A stretch of 64,000 nt of DNA from an uncultured Actinomycetes bacterium (GCA_963719165.1 CAVRAV010000001.1:1637215-1701214), one strand, 5' to 3'; counted from the stretch's first letter, positions 29,066-39,957 are shown. Notes: generated by a model from the letters alone, not told the origin. Program-made: numbers and translations.

Positions 29066-30712
29066 GTGTCCCGGCGGAGGGGCGTGGTGGAGCCGGACAA
29101 CGCGATCGAGGAGGCGCATGACGCGCTGACGCGCGGAGCGTGGGCCGAGGCGTACGACCGGTTCCGAGCCGTCGAGCCCAACCTGATGGGGCCGCGGGAC
29201 CTGGAGGGACTCGCCGACGCCGCGTGGTGGGTGTCGCGACTCGAAGAGTCGCTCGATGCACGTCAAAGGGCGTATGCCGCCTACGTCGCCGCGGGGGACG
29301 AGGCCGCGGCCGGAGCCGTCGCCGCCCGGCTCTCGATCGAACACTTCGTTCGCGAGGAGACGTCGGTCGGCGCCGGCTTCCTGATGCGGGCGCAGCGTCA
29401 CCTGAAGGACCTGCCCCCTTGTCTGGAGCAGGGCTTCCTCGCCGTGGTCGAGGCCAACGTTGCGCGCTTCGCCGGCGATCTCGACGGCGCGCGCAGCGGT
29501 TCCCGCGTCGCGATCGAGATCGGCCAGCGGTTCGGCTCGTCCGACGTCCTCGCGATGGCGATCCATACCGAGGGCCTCGCCCTGCTCGACGCGAATGAGG
29601 TGGCCCAGGGCATCGCGCTGTTGGACGAGGCCATGACCGCGGTGCTGGGCGGCGATGTGAGCCCCTACTTCACGGGCATCATCTACTGCAACCTGATCCA
29701 GGCGTGCCTTGAGCTGAACGACATCCGCCGGGCGGGCGAGTGGAGCGACGCCGCGCGCACGTGGTGCGAGGCCCTCCAACCCGGATCTCCGTACCCGGGC
29801 ATGTGCCGGGTGAATCGCGCCGAGGTCGCCCGCCTGCGCGGGGCGTGGCCCGAGGCGGAAGCCGAGGCGCTGCTCGCTTCGGAGGAACTCCTCGACGTCG
29901 ACCCCGGATTGGCGGCGTCGGCGCTCAACCAGGTCGGCGAGATCCGGCGGCGCACGGGCGACCTGGACGGCGCCGAGGCGGCCTTCGCCCGTGCGCACGA
30001 GTTCGGCGCCGACCCGCAGCCGGGTCTCGCCCTGCTCCGGCTCGCCCAGGGGAAGGTCGACGCGGCGCGCTCGGGCCTGCGGATCGCACTCGCGGCGGAG
30101 CGGCAGCGGCCGCGTCGCTCCCGTCTCTTGACGGCCCAGGTGGAGGCCGCCCTGGCGGCCCGGGACCTCGAGGAGGCGCGGGCAGCCGCGGACGAGCTGG
30201 AGGCGGCGGCCCGGGATGCAGCGACCCCGGCGTCCGCCGCCGCGGCTGCCACGGCCCGAGGCGCGATCCACCTGGCCGAGGGCGACGTGCCCGCTGCGCT
30301 CCGAGACCTGGGGGCCGCGAGCGCCTCCTGGCAGGACCTGAAGCTGCCCTACGAGGGGGCGACGGCTCGCGTGTTGTACGGGCGCGCGATCCGCGCGAGC
30401 GGGAACGAGGAGGGGGCGCGGATGGAACTGCGCGCCGCATCCGCCGCGTTCGAGCGCCTCGGCGCCGTCCCCGACGCCGCCGCCACCGCCCGGCTCCTCG
30501 ACGAACCTGGATCCCTCCCGGCCGGGATCACCGCGCGCGAGGCCGAGGTGCTTCGCCTGGTGGCGGCGGGCAAGACGAACCGCGACATCGCGGTGGAGCT
30601 GGTGATCAGCGAGCACACGGTGGCCCGGCACCTCCAGAACCTGTTCGCGAAGCTCGGCGTTTCCTCCCGGTCGGGCGCCACCGCCTACGCCTTCGAACAC
30701 GACTTGGCCTGA
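29066..30712 (+). CDS. LuxR-family transcriptional regulator with a large N-terminal TPR/MalT-like helical domain
   Basis: C-terminal HTH (REAEVLRLVAAGKTNRDIAVELVISEHTVARHLQNLFAKLGVSSR); Ala/Leu-rich helical repeats. Confidence 0.85.
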   Translation: MSRRRGVVEPDNAIEEAHDALTRGAWAEAYDRFRAVEPNLMGPRDLEGLADAAWWVSRLEESLDARQRAYAAYVAAGDEAAAGAVAARLSIEHFVREETSVGAGFLMRAQRHLKDLPPCLEQGFLAVVEANVARFAGDLDGARSGSRVAIEIGQRFGSSDVLAMAIHTEGLALLDANEVAQGIALLDEAMTAVLGGDVSPYFTGIIYCNLIQACLELNDIRRAGEWSDAARTWCEALQPGSPYPGMCRVNRAEVARLRGAWPEAEAEALLASEELLDVDPGLAASALNQVGEIRRRTGDLDGAEAAFARAHEFGADPQPGLALLRLAQGKVDAARSGLRIALAAERQRPRRSRLLTAQVEAALAARDLEEARAAADELEAAARDAATPASAAAAATARGAIHLAEGDVPAALRDLGAASASWQDLKLPYEGATARVLYGRAIRASGNEEGARMELRAASAAFERLGAVPDAAATARLLDEPGSLPAGITAREAEVLRLVAAGKTNRDIAVELVISEHTVARHLQNLFAKLGVSSRSGATAYAFEHDLA

Positions 30713-30831
30713 GCCCGCACTCGTGGTGCGTTCTCACCACTCGGCCCTCGCTGCGAAGTTGGTTACAACCGTCGATGTGCCGGTGCCGTCCCTGCCCCTA
30801 ACGTCGACCCATGTCGAGCGGAAGGGCGGAG

Positions 30832-31935
30832 ATGAAGACCGAGCGGTTCGAGACGATCGTGATCGGCGGGGGGCAGGCGGGCCTGACGGTGGGGTACGAA
30901 CTGCAGCGAGCGGGTCGCCCGTTCGTGATCTTGGATGCAAACGAGCGGGTGGGCGACGCGTGGCGCAAGCGCTACGACTCCCTGCGCCTGTTCACGCCGG
31001 TCCGGTACAGCGGCCTGCGTGGCCGGCGATTCCCGGCAGCGGGCTCCACCACGGTCACCAAGGACGAGATGGCCGACTATTTGGAGTCCTACGCGCTCCA
31101 CTTCTCGCTGCCCGTGCGCAATGGGATCCACGCCGATGGCCTCGCTCGGCAGGAGGATGGCTACGTCGTGAGCGCGGGCGACCGCCGGTTCGAGTCCGAC
31201 AACGTGGTGGTGGCCTCGGGGGCGCATCAGGAACCCCGCGTGCCGGCCTTCGCCCGCGATCTGGATCCCGCGATCGTGCAGGTGCACTCCAGCGCCTACC
31301 GCAACCCCTCGGAGCTGCGCGACGGCGGCGTGCTCGTCGTCGGAGCCGGGAACTCGGGTGCGGACATCGCCATGGAGCTCGTCGCCGACCACCCGACCTG
31401 GCTCTCCGGCCCCGACCGCGGCCACGTTCCCGTGAACATCGACAGCGGCTTCGCCCGGCATCTCGTGTTCCCCATCGTCCGGTTCATCGGGATGCACGTG
31501 CAGACGCGGCGGACACCGTTGGGGCGCAAGGCGATCGCGAAGGCCGCGGGCCGCGGAGGCCCGCTCGTCCGCGTGAAGCCGAAGGACCTCGTGGCAGCGG
31601 GCGTGCAGCGCGTGCCCAAGACCGTGGGCGCCCTCGATGGGGCGCCGGTCCTGGAGGACGGTCAGGTCCTCGACGTCACCAACATCATCTGGTGCACCGG
31701 GTTCCGTCATGATCTGTCTTGGATCGACGTGCCGATCTTCGGCGAGGACGGGGCGCCCGTTCACGAGCGTGGCGTCGTCACGAGCGAGCCCGGCCTGTAT
31801 TTCGTAGGGCTGCCGTTCCAGTTCTCGGCCGTCTCCGACCTGCTTCCGGGGATCGGCCGGGACGCCGCGTACGTGGTGAAGCAGCTCACGCGCCGCACGG
31901 CTCGGGGGACAACTCGCGTCACGGTCGCCGCCTGA
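30832..31935 (+). CDS. Flavin-containing monooxygenase / NAD(P)-binding oxidoreductase (CzcO-like)
   Basis: Rossmann GXGXXG twice (VIGGGQAGL, VVGAGNSGAD); start 21 nt into track ORF 30811. Confidence 0.8.
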   Translation: MKTERFETIVIGGGQAGLTVGYELQRAGRPFVILDANERVGDAWRKRYDSLRLFTPVRYSGLRGRRFPAAGSTTVTKDEMADYLESYALHFSLPVRNGIHADGLARQEDGYVVSAGDRRFESDNVVVASGAHQEPRVPAFARDLDPAIVQVHSSAYRNPSELRDGGVLVVGAGNSGADIAMELVADHPTWLSGPDRGHVPVNIDSGFARHLVFPIVRFIGMHVQTRRTPLGRKAIAKAAGRGGPLVRVKPKDLVAAGVQRVPKTVGALDGAPVLEDGQVLDVTNIIWCTGFRHDLSWIDVPIFGEDGAPVHERGVVTSEPGLYFVGLPFQFSAVSDLLPGIGRDAAYVVKQLTRRTARGTTRVTVAA

Positions 31936-32021
31936 CCCCCACCGAGATCCGGACGTCCCGCGACTTGACCGTCGGGTGCTCGTCGTCGGAGACTCTGCGC
32001 CGACGACGAAGGGGAGGGACC

Positions 32022-32405
32022 GTGAGGAGCAGGAAGCTTGTGTCGGCGGCGGTGGGCATCGCCATCGCGGGAGCCGTGGCGTTCTCTGGGATGGCGAGCG
32101 CGGGCACGGCCGCGATGACGCACCTCACCATCAAGGCGCAGTCGGGCGATCTCTCCGGCACCATCAGCAGCCCGAAACCGAAGAAGTGCGCGAGGAACCG
32201 CAACGTCCTCGTGTACCAGCAGAAGGGCAAGCACCAGAACCTGAGCGTCGACAAGAAGGTCGCGAGCGACACCGCGGGACTCAACGGAACCCGCTACGAG
32301 TGGTCGATAGGGAACTCGGGGCTCACCGGCAAGTTCTATGCGCACGTGAAGCGCACGCCGAACTGCAAGGCGGCCTCCAGCAAGACGGTGAAGACCCACA
32401 ACTAG
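32022..32405 (+). CDS. Small secreted hypothetical protein
   Basis: GTG at about 32022 after gaaggggaggg; signal peptide; Lys-rich mature part. Confidence 0.5.
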   Translation: MRSRKLVSAAVGIAIAGAVAFSGMASAGTAAMTHLTIKAQSGDLSGTISSPKPKKCARNRNVLVYQQKGKHQNLSVDKKVASDTAGLNGTRYEWSIGNSGLTGKFYAHVKRTPNCKAASSKTVKTHN

Positions 32406-32540
32406 CCAGCACAAATCCCCATCGCCGCGGCGAGGAATTCACCGGCCACGGAGGCCCCCTGGAGGCCCGCTCCGCGGGGGCCGTTCGCCCCTGCATCGCA
32501 CCATGAGCACGTGGTGCGATGGGCGCGGGAGGTGGAGACG

Positions 32541-33068
32541 ATGAAGGCTTTGGTGATCTACGAGTCGATGTACGGCAACACGGCCGCGATCGCAGAGGCG
32601 ATCGGTGGGGGGTTGCGAGCGGGGGGCGTGGAGACGGCCGTGATGACGGTCGATGGAGCGGACCCGGCCATGACGTCCGAGGTGGATCTCCTGGTGATCG
32701 GGGGGCCTACCCATGTCCACGGCATGACGCGAACGTCCACCAGGGAGCAAGCGCGCAAGGACGAGCAGAACGCCTACGACGACCCCACCACGGGCCCGGG
32801 GCTGCGTGCGTGGATGGACGAGCTCCCCATGGGCGGCGGCCGATGGGGTGCCGCGTTCGACACGCGGATGCAAGGGCCGAAAGCCTTCACGGGGTCGGCG
32901 GCCAGGGGCATCGGCCGACGGCTCGCCGGGCGAGGGTTCGCGCGAGCTGCCGCGCCGGCGAGCTTCCTGGTCACCAAGCAGAACACGCTCGTGCCGGGCG
33001 AGCCCGAGAAGGCCCGCGCATGGGGCAGCGAGATCGCCCAGACCCTGGCCGTGACCTCGAACACCTAG
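32541..33068 (+). CDS. Flavodoxin-like protein
   Basis: MKALVIYESMYGNTAAIAEAIG is the classic flavodoxin N-terminus. Confidence 0.8.
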   Translation: MKALVIYESMYGNTAAIAEAIGGGLRAGGVETAVMTVDGADPAMTSEVDLLVIGGPTHVHGMTRTSTREQARKDEQNAYDDPTTGPGLRAWMDELPMGGGRWGAAFDTRMQGPKAFTGSAARGIGRRLAGRGFARAAAPASFLVTKQNTLVPGEPEKARAWGSEIAQTLAVTSNT

Positions 33069-33249
33069 GCCCAGCTAGGGGGCGATCGCCGCGGCGCCCC
33101 TCGCCGAGGTCCGGTTGGGCGCGCAGAGCTTGGGTCCTTGCGAATAGGCTTGGGCCGTGGCCTGTGACGAGAGCTCGTGAAGCGGGAGCGCAATCGGCGT
33201 TCGCCGGAGAGCTGACAGCCGACGAACCACCAACCGCACGGGAGGACCT

Positions 33250-34113
33250 ATGACCAACCGCAGACGATCGTTGTCCATCCTCTATCTAGGGCTCGCCGCC
33301 GCCGTGGTGGTCGGATTCGCGGCCGGCGCCGCCTCGGGGTCGGGGCAGGGGGCCGCGGGTGCGTCGGGTGGCGAACGCACATCGATGCCCGGCTTCTCCC
33401 GCGTGGCGTTCCTCAGCCACGTGAACAACCCGGCCGTGATCCCGGGCTTTCCGGGCGACCCGAAATTCTCCTTGCGGACCGCGTTCACGGTTGCGAAGGA
33501 CGGCTTCTATCTCCAGGACGTGCATGAGGGCGAGCACACCGGCACGCACTACTCGGCGCCGTGCCATTTCCACGTCGAGGCGCGCTGCGCCGATCACCTC
33601 GCCGCCGGCGACTTCGTGCTGCCGGCGGTGGTGATCGACGTCCGATCCGAGGTCGCCGCCGACGTCGACTTCGAGTTGAGCGTCCGCGACCTCAAGGATT
33701 GGGAGACCGCCCACGGACAGATCCCCGCGGGCGCCGCGGTCCTGCTGTGGACCGGCTGCGATCGCTACTGGGGACCCGCGTTCTCCCCCCAGGCGAAGAC
33801 CTACTACAACTGCGGCTCGGCGCACGGGCGCTTCCGCCAGCCCGGATTCTCGAAGTGGGCGGTGCGGTGGCTCATCAAGACGGGGGTGCTGGCGAGACGC
33901 GGGGCCCTCGGCTCGGACACGTTCGGGCCAGACCCCGGCTCCGACCCGCTCTACCTCGAAACCTCGTTCACGCTCCGGCGCCATCGCCTCACGCTTGAGA
34001 ACCTCACGAACCTCAAGGCGATGCCCACGACCGGTGGCTGGCTCGTGGTGGGAGGTCCGAGGAACCGGCGAGGCAGCGGCGCGCCGAGCACCGTGTTCGG
34101 CTTCGTGCCCTAG
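33250..34113 (+). CDS. Cyclase-family protein (kynurenine-formamidase-like), secreted
   Basis: Signal peptide; cyclase-family motif HTGTHYSAP. Confidence 0.8.
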   Translation: MTNRRRSLSILYLGLAAAVVVGFAAGAASGSGQGAAGASGGERTSMPGFSRVAFLSHVNNPAVIPGFPGDPKFSLRTAFTVAKDGFYLQDVHEGEHTGTHYSAPCHFHVEARCADHLAAGDFVLPAVVIDVRSEVAADVDFELSVRDLKDWETAHGQIPAGAAVLLWTGCDRYWGPAFSPQAKTYYNCGSAHGRFRQPGFSKWAVRWLIKTGVLARRGALGSDTFGPDPGSDPLYLETSFTLRRHRLTLENLTNLKAMPTTGGWLVVGGPRNRRGSGAPSTVFGFVP

Positions 34114-34178
34114 CCGATGCTGGGGCCCGGTCCGGTCCGAGGGACGATCGCAGCCGACGGCTCGCGCTCAGGCGCCTG

Positions 34179-34730
34179 ATGGTCGAGTGGGATGGCACCA
34201 TCGTGCTGAGCACCGAGCGGCTCCTGCTGCGCACGTTCCTGCTCGACGACCTCCCGTTCTACGCGGCGCTCAACGCCGATCCCGAGGTGGTGCGCTACCT
34301 CGGGGGCGAGCCCCTCACCCGAGAACACTCCGACGACATCGCGGCCTGGGCGAACGAGGTGCACGCGGAGGAGGGCATCGGGTTGATCGCCGTGGCGCGT
34401 CGGGAGGACGGCGCGTTCCTCGGGATGTGCGGGCTGCATCACCAGGAGTCGTTCCCCGACGAGGTCGAGGTGGCGTGGCGCCTCGCGCGCAAGCACTGGG
34501 GCAACGGCTACGCCACGGAGGCCGCGACGGCCTGGCTCGACCACGCGTTCGAGGCCCTGCACCTGCCGAGGGTGATCTCGATCGCCGACGAGCCCAACAC
34601 GCGCAGCCTCGCCGTCATGCGGCGCCTTGGAATGACCTTCGAGCGCGAAGCCACGATCGAGGACGAGGGGATCGTGTTCGAGGCGGTGGTCTACGCGATC
34701 ACGGCGGAGCGGTGGCGCGCCCGGCGGTGA
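34179..34730 (+). CDS. GNAT-family N-acetyltransferase (RimL-like)
   Basis: TERLLLRTFLLDDLPFYAALNADPEVVRYL..., acetyl-CoA-binding WGNGYATEAA. Confidence 0.85.
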   Translation: MVEWDGTIVLSTERLLLRTFLLDDLPFYAALNADPEVVRYLGGEPLTREHSDDIAAWANEVHAEEGIGLIAVARREDGAFLGMCGLHHQESFPDEVEVAWRLARKHWGNGYATEAATAWLDHAFEALHLPRVISIADEPNTRSLAVMRRLGMTFEREATIEDEGIVFEAVVYAITAERWRARR

Positions 34731-34750
34731 CGCGGCGTTCGCCCCGCCAT

Positions 34751-35380
34751 CTACCCAACGTCCAAGGGGCCGAACTCCGGCGCATGACGCGGACCCGGCG
34801 AGGCGAGCCGCAGCTTCAGCAACATCCAGAAGGCGAGCTCCACCGACGGTCCGACCAGGAGCGCCAACGCGAGCGTGCCCAAGCCGGCTACCCCTCCGAG
34901 GAGGAGACCGGCCACGAGCACCGTGATCTCCATCGCGCCGCGCACGAGGCCGATGCGCTGACCCGTCCTCCTCGTGAGCGCCATCATGAGGGAGTCGCGT
35001 GGCCCGGCGCCCAGCCCCGCGCCGATGTACAGGGCGGAACCGACCCCGAACAGCAGCACCCCGGCCGCCACGAGTAGCACCCGGACGAGCAGGGCAGCCT
35101 CCGAGAGTCTGTCGACGAACGGGATCGCGACCAACACGTCGATCGAGGCTCCGATCACCAACGCGTTCGCGATGGTCCCGAAGCCGGGCGGCGTACCCGC
35201 GATCCACGCGATGGCGACGATCACGAGGCCCACGACCACGCTGGCCGTGCCCAGCGAGAGCGGCGAGTGCTCGGCGATCCCCATGTGAAACACGTCCCAG
35301 GGCGGAAGCCCCAACTGGGACTCGAGCATGCACACGATGGCGACGGCGATCAGCACCAACCCCACGAAGAGCGCGACCAT
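34751..35380 (-). CDS. YczE/YitT-like membrane protein
   Basis: ATG at 35380 (MVALFVGLVLIAVAIV...); multi-TM; the track ORF overextends to 35476. Confidence 0.7.
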   Translation of the reverse strand: MVALFVGLVLIAVAIVCMLESQLGLPPWDVFHMGIAEHSPLSLGTASVVVGLVIVAIAWIAGTPPGFGTIANALVIGASIDVLVAIPFVDRLSEAALLVRVLLVAAGVLLFGVGSALYIGAGLGAGPRDSLMMALTRRTGQRIGLVRGAMEITVLVAGLLLGGVAGLGTLALALLVGPSVELAFWMLLKLRLASPGPRHAPEFGPLDVG

Positions 35381-35557
35381 GCGGGCGGGCAGTGGCCCGT
35401 TCAGCAGCGGCGCGTCCTTCACGGTTCGATCACCTCCACAGCCTAGAGGGGCGCGGTCCCGGCCGGTGCGCGTCAAGACTGGGGCGCGGTCACGGCTGGG
35501 ACCTCGTGAGACTCAAGGAATCGACCCGCCGCGGTCGACAACCCTTCGGAAAGAGAG

Positions 35558-37525
35558 GTGATCGTGAGCGCGTCCCCCCGGCGCCGTCTGCGCACGCACA
35601 CGCATGTCGCCGCCGCGGCGGTGCTCCTGCTCCTGTTCACCGGCGTCCAGGGCGCGGCGGCCGGTCCGCATCGCGTCCGCCTCGTCGGCACGTACCGCGC
35701 GATGGCCGTCGACGGGATCGGCTGGGGCCGCACCGATCACTACCTGGTCGCCGGCGACGAGACGTACCTGATGCAGCGCGGGGGCGACTTCCCTCCCTTG
35801 GCCTCGGGGTCGCGCGTGGAGGTGGACGGCACCCTCGACGGAGCGAAGCTCGAGGCCGCCTCCGTCGAGCTGGCGCCGGGCGCTCGCGTCGCGGCGGCCG
35901 CTCCGACCGCCACCCCGCGGCTGGCAACCGACACCCGGAAGGTCCTCGCGATCCTCGTGAACTGGACCACGCCCGACTCCGTGACCCCGGCCTCGGCCGT
36001 CCATCAGCTCGAGGCGGTGAACGACACGTGGTACGACGACGCGTCCTACGGCCAGGTCCGCATGACGGCCCAAGCGACGAACTGGCTGCGGATCCCGGCC
36101 CCTGCCGGGTGCGACTCGGGAGGGATCATGTCCAACGCCCTCGGGGCGGCCGGCGACGCGGGCTGGAACCTCAACGCCTACGACCACCTGCTCGTGTACT
36201 TCCCCTACGACGCGACGTGTGGGTACGCGGGGATGGCCTACGTCGGCTGGGGCCGGCTCTGGATCAACGGGTACATGGACACGCGGGTGACCGTCCACGA
36301 GATCGGGCACAACCTCGGCCTGTACCACGCACATTCCGTGGCGTGCACGCAGTCGGGCACGGCGGTCGCCTGGTCGACCACGTGCAGCCGCAGCGAGTAC
36401 GGCGACCCCGCCGACGCGATGGGCAACGGGTTCGCTGGGGTCGGACGCTTCAACGCCTCGCAAGCCGACGAACTCGGTTGGCTTCAGGGCCGGGAGAAGG
36501 ATGCGAAGCCCGCCGGCGGGACCTACGAGATCGCGCCGCTCGGCAGACAGCGTGCAGGCCTCCAGGCGCTCCGATTGCCGGGGACCACCCACGACGTGTG
36601 GATCGAGTACCGCCGGGCCACGGGGATCGACTCGTGGCTGGGGGCGGGTATCACGGGCGGCGTCCTCGTGCACGTTCCGGCAGACGTCGGCGGCTCCGAC
36701 GTGTTGGACATGACGCCCGGCGACGCGAACCTCTCGAACGCCGCCCTGACACCGGGAGCGACCTGGGTGGACCCTGCCACGGACTGGGCCATCCATGTGG
36801 TCGCGGTCCGCCCGAGCCGTGCGACCGTCACCGTCGGGAAGGTGCCCGACACGACCGCACCCACCTTCACGTCCCAGCCGCATCTGTCCTTCGCATCGCC
36901 GCAGCAACTGCCCCGGACGGGGAAGCCCGTCCGGGTGCGGGTGCGTTGGGCCGCCAAGGACCCGGGAGGTTCCCACACCGGCTACGACGTTCGCATGGCC
37001 ACCGATGGTGGCGCGTTCACGACGCTATCGACGGATCGCCGGGCGGCGTCGTGGAACATCGAGGCCGCCCCCGGGCATACGTACGCGGTGCAGGTGCGGG
37101 CGGCCGACGGATGGGGGAACCGCAGCGACTGGACCGAGGCCCCGCGGATCTCGCTCGGCGTGCTCGGCGAGGGTCGCCTCGACTACCACGGACGGTGGTC
37201 CGCCCGCCCCGACCGGCGAGCGCTCGGACACACGTACCGGGTCACGACGCGTGCCGGCGCATCGGCGACGCTGCACGTGCGCGCCTCCGCCGTGGCCGTG
37301 CTCGGGCGGATGGGTCCCGCCTACGGATCCGTCCGGGTCTTCGTCGACGGACACCGGGCGCGATCGTTCTCGCAGCGGGCCGGCGGGAACGACGACCGTC
37401 GGGTCACGTTCCGCGTGACGTTGGGCCACGGGGCGCACGGCGGCACGCACACGCTCCGGTTCGTGAACGTGGGCGCGCGAAGGCACCCGTCGTTTTCGAT
37501 CGACGGCATCGCCGTGCTGCGTTGA
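35558..37525 (+). CDS. Secreted metzincin zinc metalloprotease (HEIGHNLGLYH; M11/gametolysin-like) with C-terminal FN3-like domains
   Basis: Signal peptide; HExxHxxGxxH motif read directly; 655 aa in a single frame. Confidence 0.8.
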   Translation: MIVSASPRRRLRTHTHVAAAAVLLLLFTGVQGAAAGPHRVRLVGTYRAMAVDGIGWGRTDHYLVAGDETYLMQRGGDFPPLASGSRVEVDGTLDGAKLEAASVELAPGARVAAAAPTATPRLATDTRKVLAILVNWTTPDSVTPASAVHQLEAVNDTWYDDASYGQVRMTAQATNWLRIPAPAGCDSGGIMSNALGAAGDAGWNLNAYDHLLVYFPYDATCGYAGMAYVGWGRLWINGYMDTRVTVHEIGHNLGLYHAHSVACTQSGTAVAWSTTCSRSEYGDPADAMGNGFAGVGRFNASQADELGWLQGREKDAKPAGGTYEIAPLGRQRAGLQALRLPGTTHDVWIEYRRATGIDSWLGAGITGGVLVHVPADVGGSDVLDMTPGDANLSNAALTPGATWVDPATDWAIHVVAVRPSRATVTVGKVPDTTAPTFTSQPHLSFASPQQLPRTGKPVRVRVRWAAKDPGGSHTGYDVRMATDGGAFTTLSTDRRAASWNIEAAPGHTYAVQVRAADGWGNRSDWTEAPRISLGVLGEGRLDYHGRWSARPDRRALGHTYRVTTRAGASATLHVRASAVAVLGRMGPAYGSVRVFVDGHRARSFSQRAGGNDDRRVTFRVTLGHGAHGGTHTLRFVNVGARRHPSFSIDGIAVLR

Positions 37526-37534
37526 GCGACGGCC

Positions 37535-38596
37535 TCACCGCGCGATGAGGAGCAGGCCGCAGATCCCGAGCACGTAGGCCACGAGCACGAACCACGCATC
37601 GGGCCCCAGTCCGAGGACCTTGCGCCTGGGCCGGAAGAGCAGCCCCATCGCGAAGATCGCGGTCACGGCGAGCCCCATCCCGCCCAGCCACAGCGAATCG
37701 TTGCTCACGGAGGTCAGCACCGGCTTGCCCGCCAAGATGTCGGCGAGCAGGAACAGCGTGATCTGCACGGAGTTGCCACCGAAGATGTCGCCCATGGCGA
37801 GCCCCACCTTGCCCAGTCGCACCGCGCGGATCCCGGTGCTGATCTCGGGGAGCGCCGTGACGGCGGCCAGGATCGTGGCGCCGAAGATGACGCCGTTGAT
37901 CCCCCACGTGGTCGCGAGCCCGTCGCCGGACTGCTCGAGCGCGACGCCTGCCGCGAGCGTCACCGCCGCGGCCGCGCCGAACCAGGTGACGGCCCGGCGC
38001 GTGGAGGCGTTCGCGAACCGGTTGGGCCGAACGCCCTTCACGGGCCCCGGTTGCGCGGCGACCAGGGTGCCCTGCAGGGTGCCCTCCACCGACTCCCAAT
38101 GCTCCGAGCGTTGGATCCGCTGGAGCCCGACCATGCCGAGCAGCCACGCGACGACGATGATGAGGGACACGGGGCTCACGGGTCCGACGGCGACGCTCGC
38201 GGGAAGCAGCGGGCCCATCAGGGCGATCGACACGACCATCACGACGAGCAGGGCCTCGAAGATCGGCTCGACGACCTTCGACATCGTCGACAGCGGCGTC
38301 TCGCTGCGCGACACCGCATCGATCAACACGAGGACCAACGTCTGCATCCCGATGCCGCCGAGGAGGTTCCCGGCGGCAAGACCGAGGTTCCCGTGTACGG
38401 CGGCCGATGCCGTGACGGCGAGCTCCGGCAAGGTCCCGACGAACCCGAGCAGGATCATTCCCCCGAGTGCCTCACCGAGACCGAAACGGTCGTCGATGAC
38501 ATCGGTGGCGTCGGAGAGCACCACTCCGGCGATCCAGGTGGCCGCCGCCGCCAGGACGAATACGCCGATCAGCGCGCCGGTGCTCCAGGAACCCAC
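37535..38596 (-). CDS. Na+/Ca2+ exchanger (CaCA)-family membrane protein
   Basis: Two alpha-repeat regions (GNLLGGIGMQTLVLV / GDIFGGNSVQITLFL); 10 TM helices. Confidence 0.8.
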   Translation of the reverse strand: MGSWSTGALIGVFVLAAAATWIAGVVLSDATDVIDDRFGLGEALGGMILLGFVGTLPELAVTASAAVHGNLGLAAGNLLGGIGMQTLVLVLIDAVSRSETPLSTMSKVVEPIFEALLVVMVVSIALMGPLLPASVAVGPVSPVSLIIVVAWLLGMVGLQRIQRSEHWESVEGTLQGTLVAAQPGPVKGVRPNRFANASTRRAVTWFGAAAAVTLAAGVALEQSGDGLATTWGINGVIFGATILAAVTALPEISTGIRAVRLGKVGLAMGDIFGGNSVQITLFLLADILAGKPVLTSVSNDSLWLGGMGLAVTAIFAMGLLFRPRRKVLGLGPDAWFVLVAYVLGICGLLLIAR

Positions 38597-38646
38597 CCGC
38601 GCAAACTATCCCAAGCTCGGGGGGCCGCCGAGTAGCATCTGGCGCC

Positions 38647-39945
38647 ATGACGCTCCCCCTCCGCCGCGCCCTTGCGATGGCCCTGACCGGCGGGGCGCTG
38701 CTCGCCCCGCGGGCCTCCGCCGCCGTGGTGTGGGGGCCCGATCACCCGGTGGGGCCCCCCTCCGTCTGGAACCCGGGAGCATCGCTGACCGCGACGGCCG
38801 ACGGACTCCTCGTGGTGTGGTCGAGCGACTGCCCGCCCCCGCACGGGCGATGCGCGACCGACCGCGGTCCGTTCATGGGGGTGTTCGCGCAGCGCGGCGG
38901 AGGCGGCCGGTGGTCGAAGCCGGTGCGGGTTTCCCAGCCCAAGCGCCAGGCCGAGCGCGCCTCGGTGACCGGCGCGGGCTCCGCCGTGCTGGCCGGCTGG
39001 GTCACGCAGACCTCCTACCGTCATTACCGCGCCACGGCGCCTCGCGCCTTCTACGTGCGACGCGCCTCTCGGTCGGGCCGGCACTGGTTCCCGGCGGTGC
39101 GTCTGTCTCCGGCGGGCGGCCGCGTCGACTACCCGACCCTCGCGATGACGGGCAGCCATGCGTACGCCGCCTGGACGATGGCCGGATCGGGGGCGATCCG
39201 GCTTGCCACGAGCGCCGACCAGGGCAAGACGTGGAGCGTGAGCACGGTCGGCAACACCACCGCGCGCCCCGACGGCGCCGAGGGGTTCGCCGGCTACCCC
39301 GTCGTGGGGGCGAGCGGATCCAACGTGGCGCTCACCTGGTACGCGGACGGCGACGGAAAGCAGGTGGTGAAGACCTCGAGCGCCGGCGGCGCCGACTGGA
39401 ACAAGTCCTCCGCGCTCGACGTGCTCACGCCGCGCGGTCCGAACGACGGTTTCCACTACGCGGGGGCGCGGGGCGCCACCGACGGCACGACCGAGGATGT
39501 GGCGATCTCCTACACCACGACGGGCGGGCTCGCCGTGCGCGTGTGGGATGGGTCGACGCTGGGTCCGGAGCGCGACGTGCTCGCGGGCACCTGGCCGACA
39601 AACCTGCGGGGCCGGACCTACGCCGGCGCCTACGGTCCGGCCGTCGCGCCCTCGGGGACCGAGGACCTGGTGGTGGCGTTCGGCGCGTGCCGCCGGACGC
39701 AGCTCGCGAACCCGTGTGGCTCCACCCGTCGATCCGCGCGTGTCGATCTGTTCGCGACGAGCTCCGGCGACGGCGGCCTCAGCTGGTCGAGCCCGCTCCG
39801 ACTCTCCGGCAAGGAGGCGAGGATCAACGAGTCTCCGTCGCTCGCGCTGACGCGTCCCACCCGCGCCGTGGTGGTGTGGAACGCGCGCGACCCGGCTTTC
39901 CTCAGGTACGGGTTGCGCCTGCGCGCCGGCGTGGGCGGACCCTGA
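38647..39945 (+). CDS. Secreted BNR-repeat (sialidase-like) beta-propeller protein
   Basis: Signal peptide; Asp-box repeats SADQGKTW, SSAGGADW, SSGDGGLSW. Confidence 0.75.
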   Translation: MTLPLRRALAMALTGGALLAPRASAAVVWGPDHPVGPPSVWNPGASLTATADGLLVVWSSDCPPPHGRCATDRGPFMGVFAQRGGGGRWSKPVRVSQPKRQAERASVTGAGSAVLAGWVTQTSYRHYRATAPRAFYVRRASRSGRHWFPAVRLSPAGGRVDYPTLAMTGSHAYAAWTMAGSGAIRLATSADQGKTWSVSTVGNTTARPDGAEGFAGYPVVGASGSNVALTWYADGDGKQVVKTSSAGGADWNKSSALDVLTPRGPNDGFHYAGARGATDGTTEDVAISYTTTGGLAVRVWDGSTLGPERDVLAGTWPTNLRGRTYAGAYGPAVAPSGTEDLVVAFGACRRTQLANPCGSTRRSARVDLFATSSGDGGLSWSSPLRLSGKEARINESPSLALTRPTRAVVVWNARDPAFLRYGLRLRAGVGGP

Positions 39946-39957
39946 GCACCCAGACGC

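Noticed and set aside
28679-30700. 673-aa minus-strand ORF
   Set aside because: Antisense shadow of the LuxR-family regulator; no motifs.
34999-37548. 849-aa plus-strand ORF
   Set aside because: Alternative frame of the metalloprotease gene and antisense to the YczE gene; low-complexity R/P/G content.
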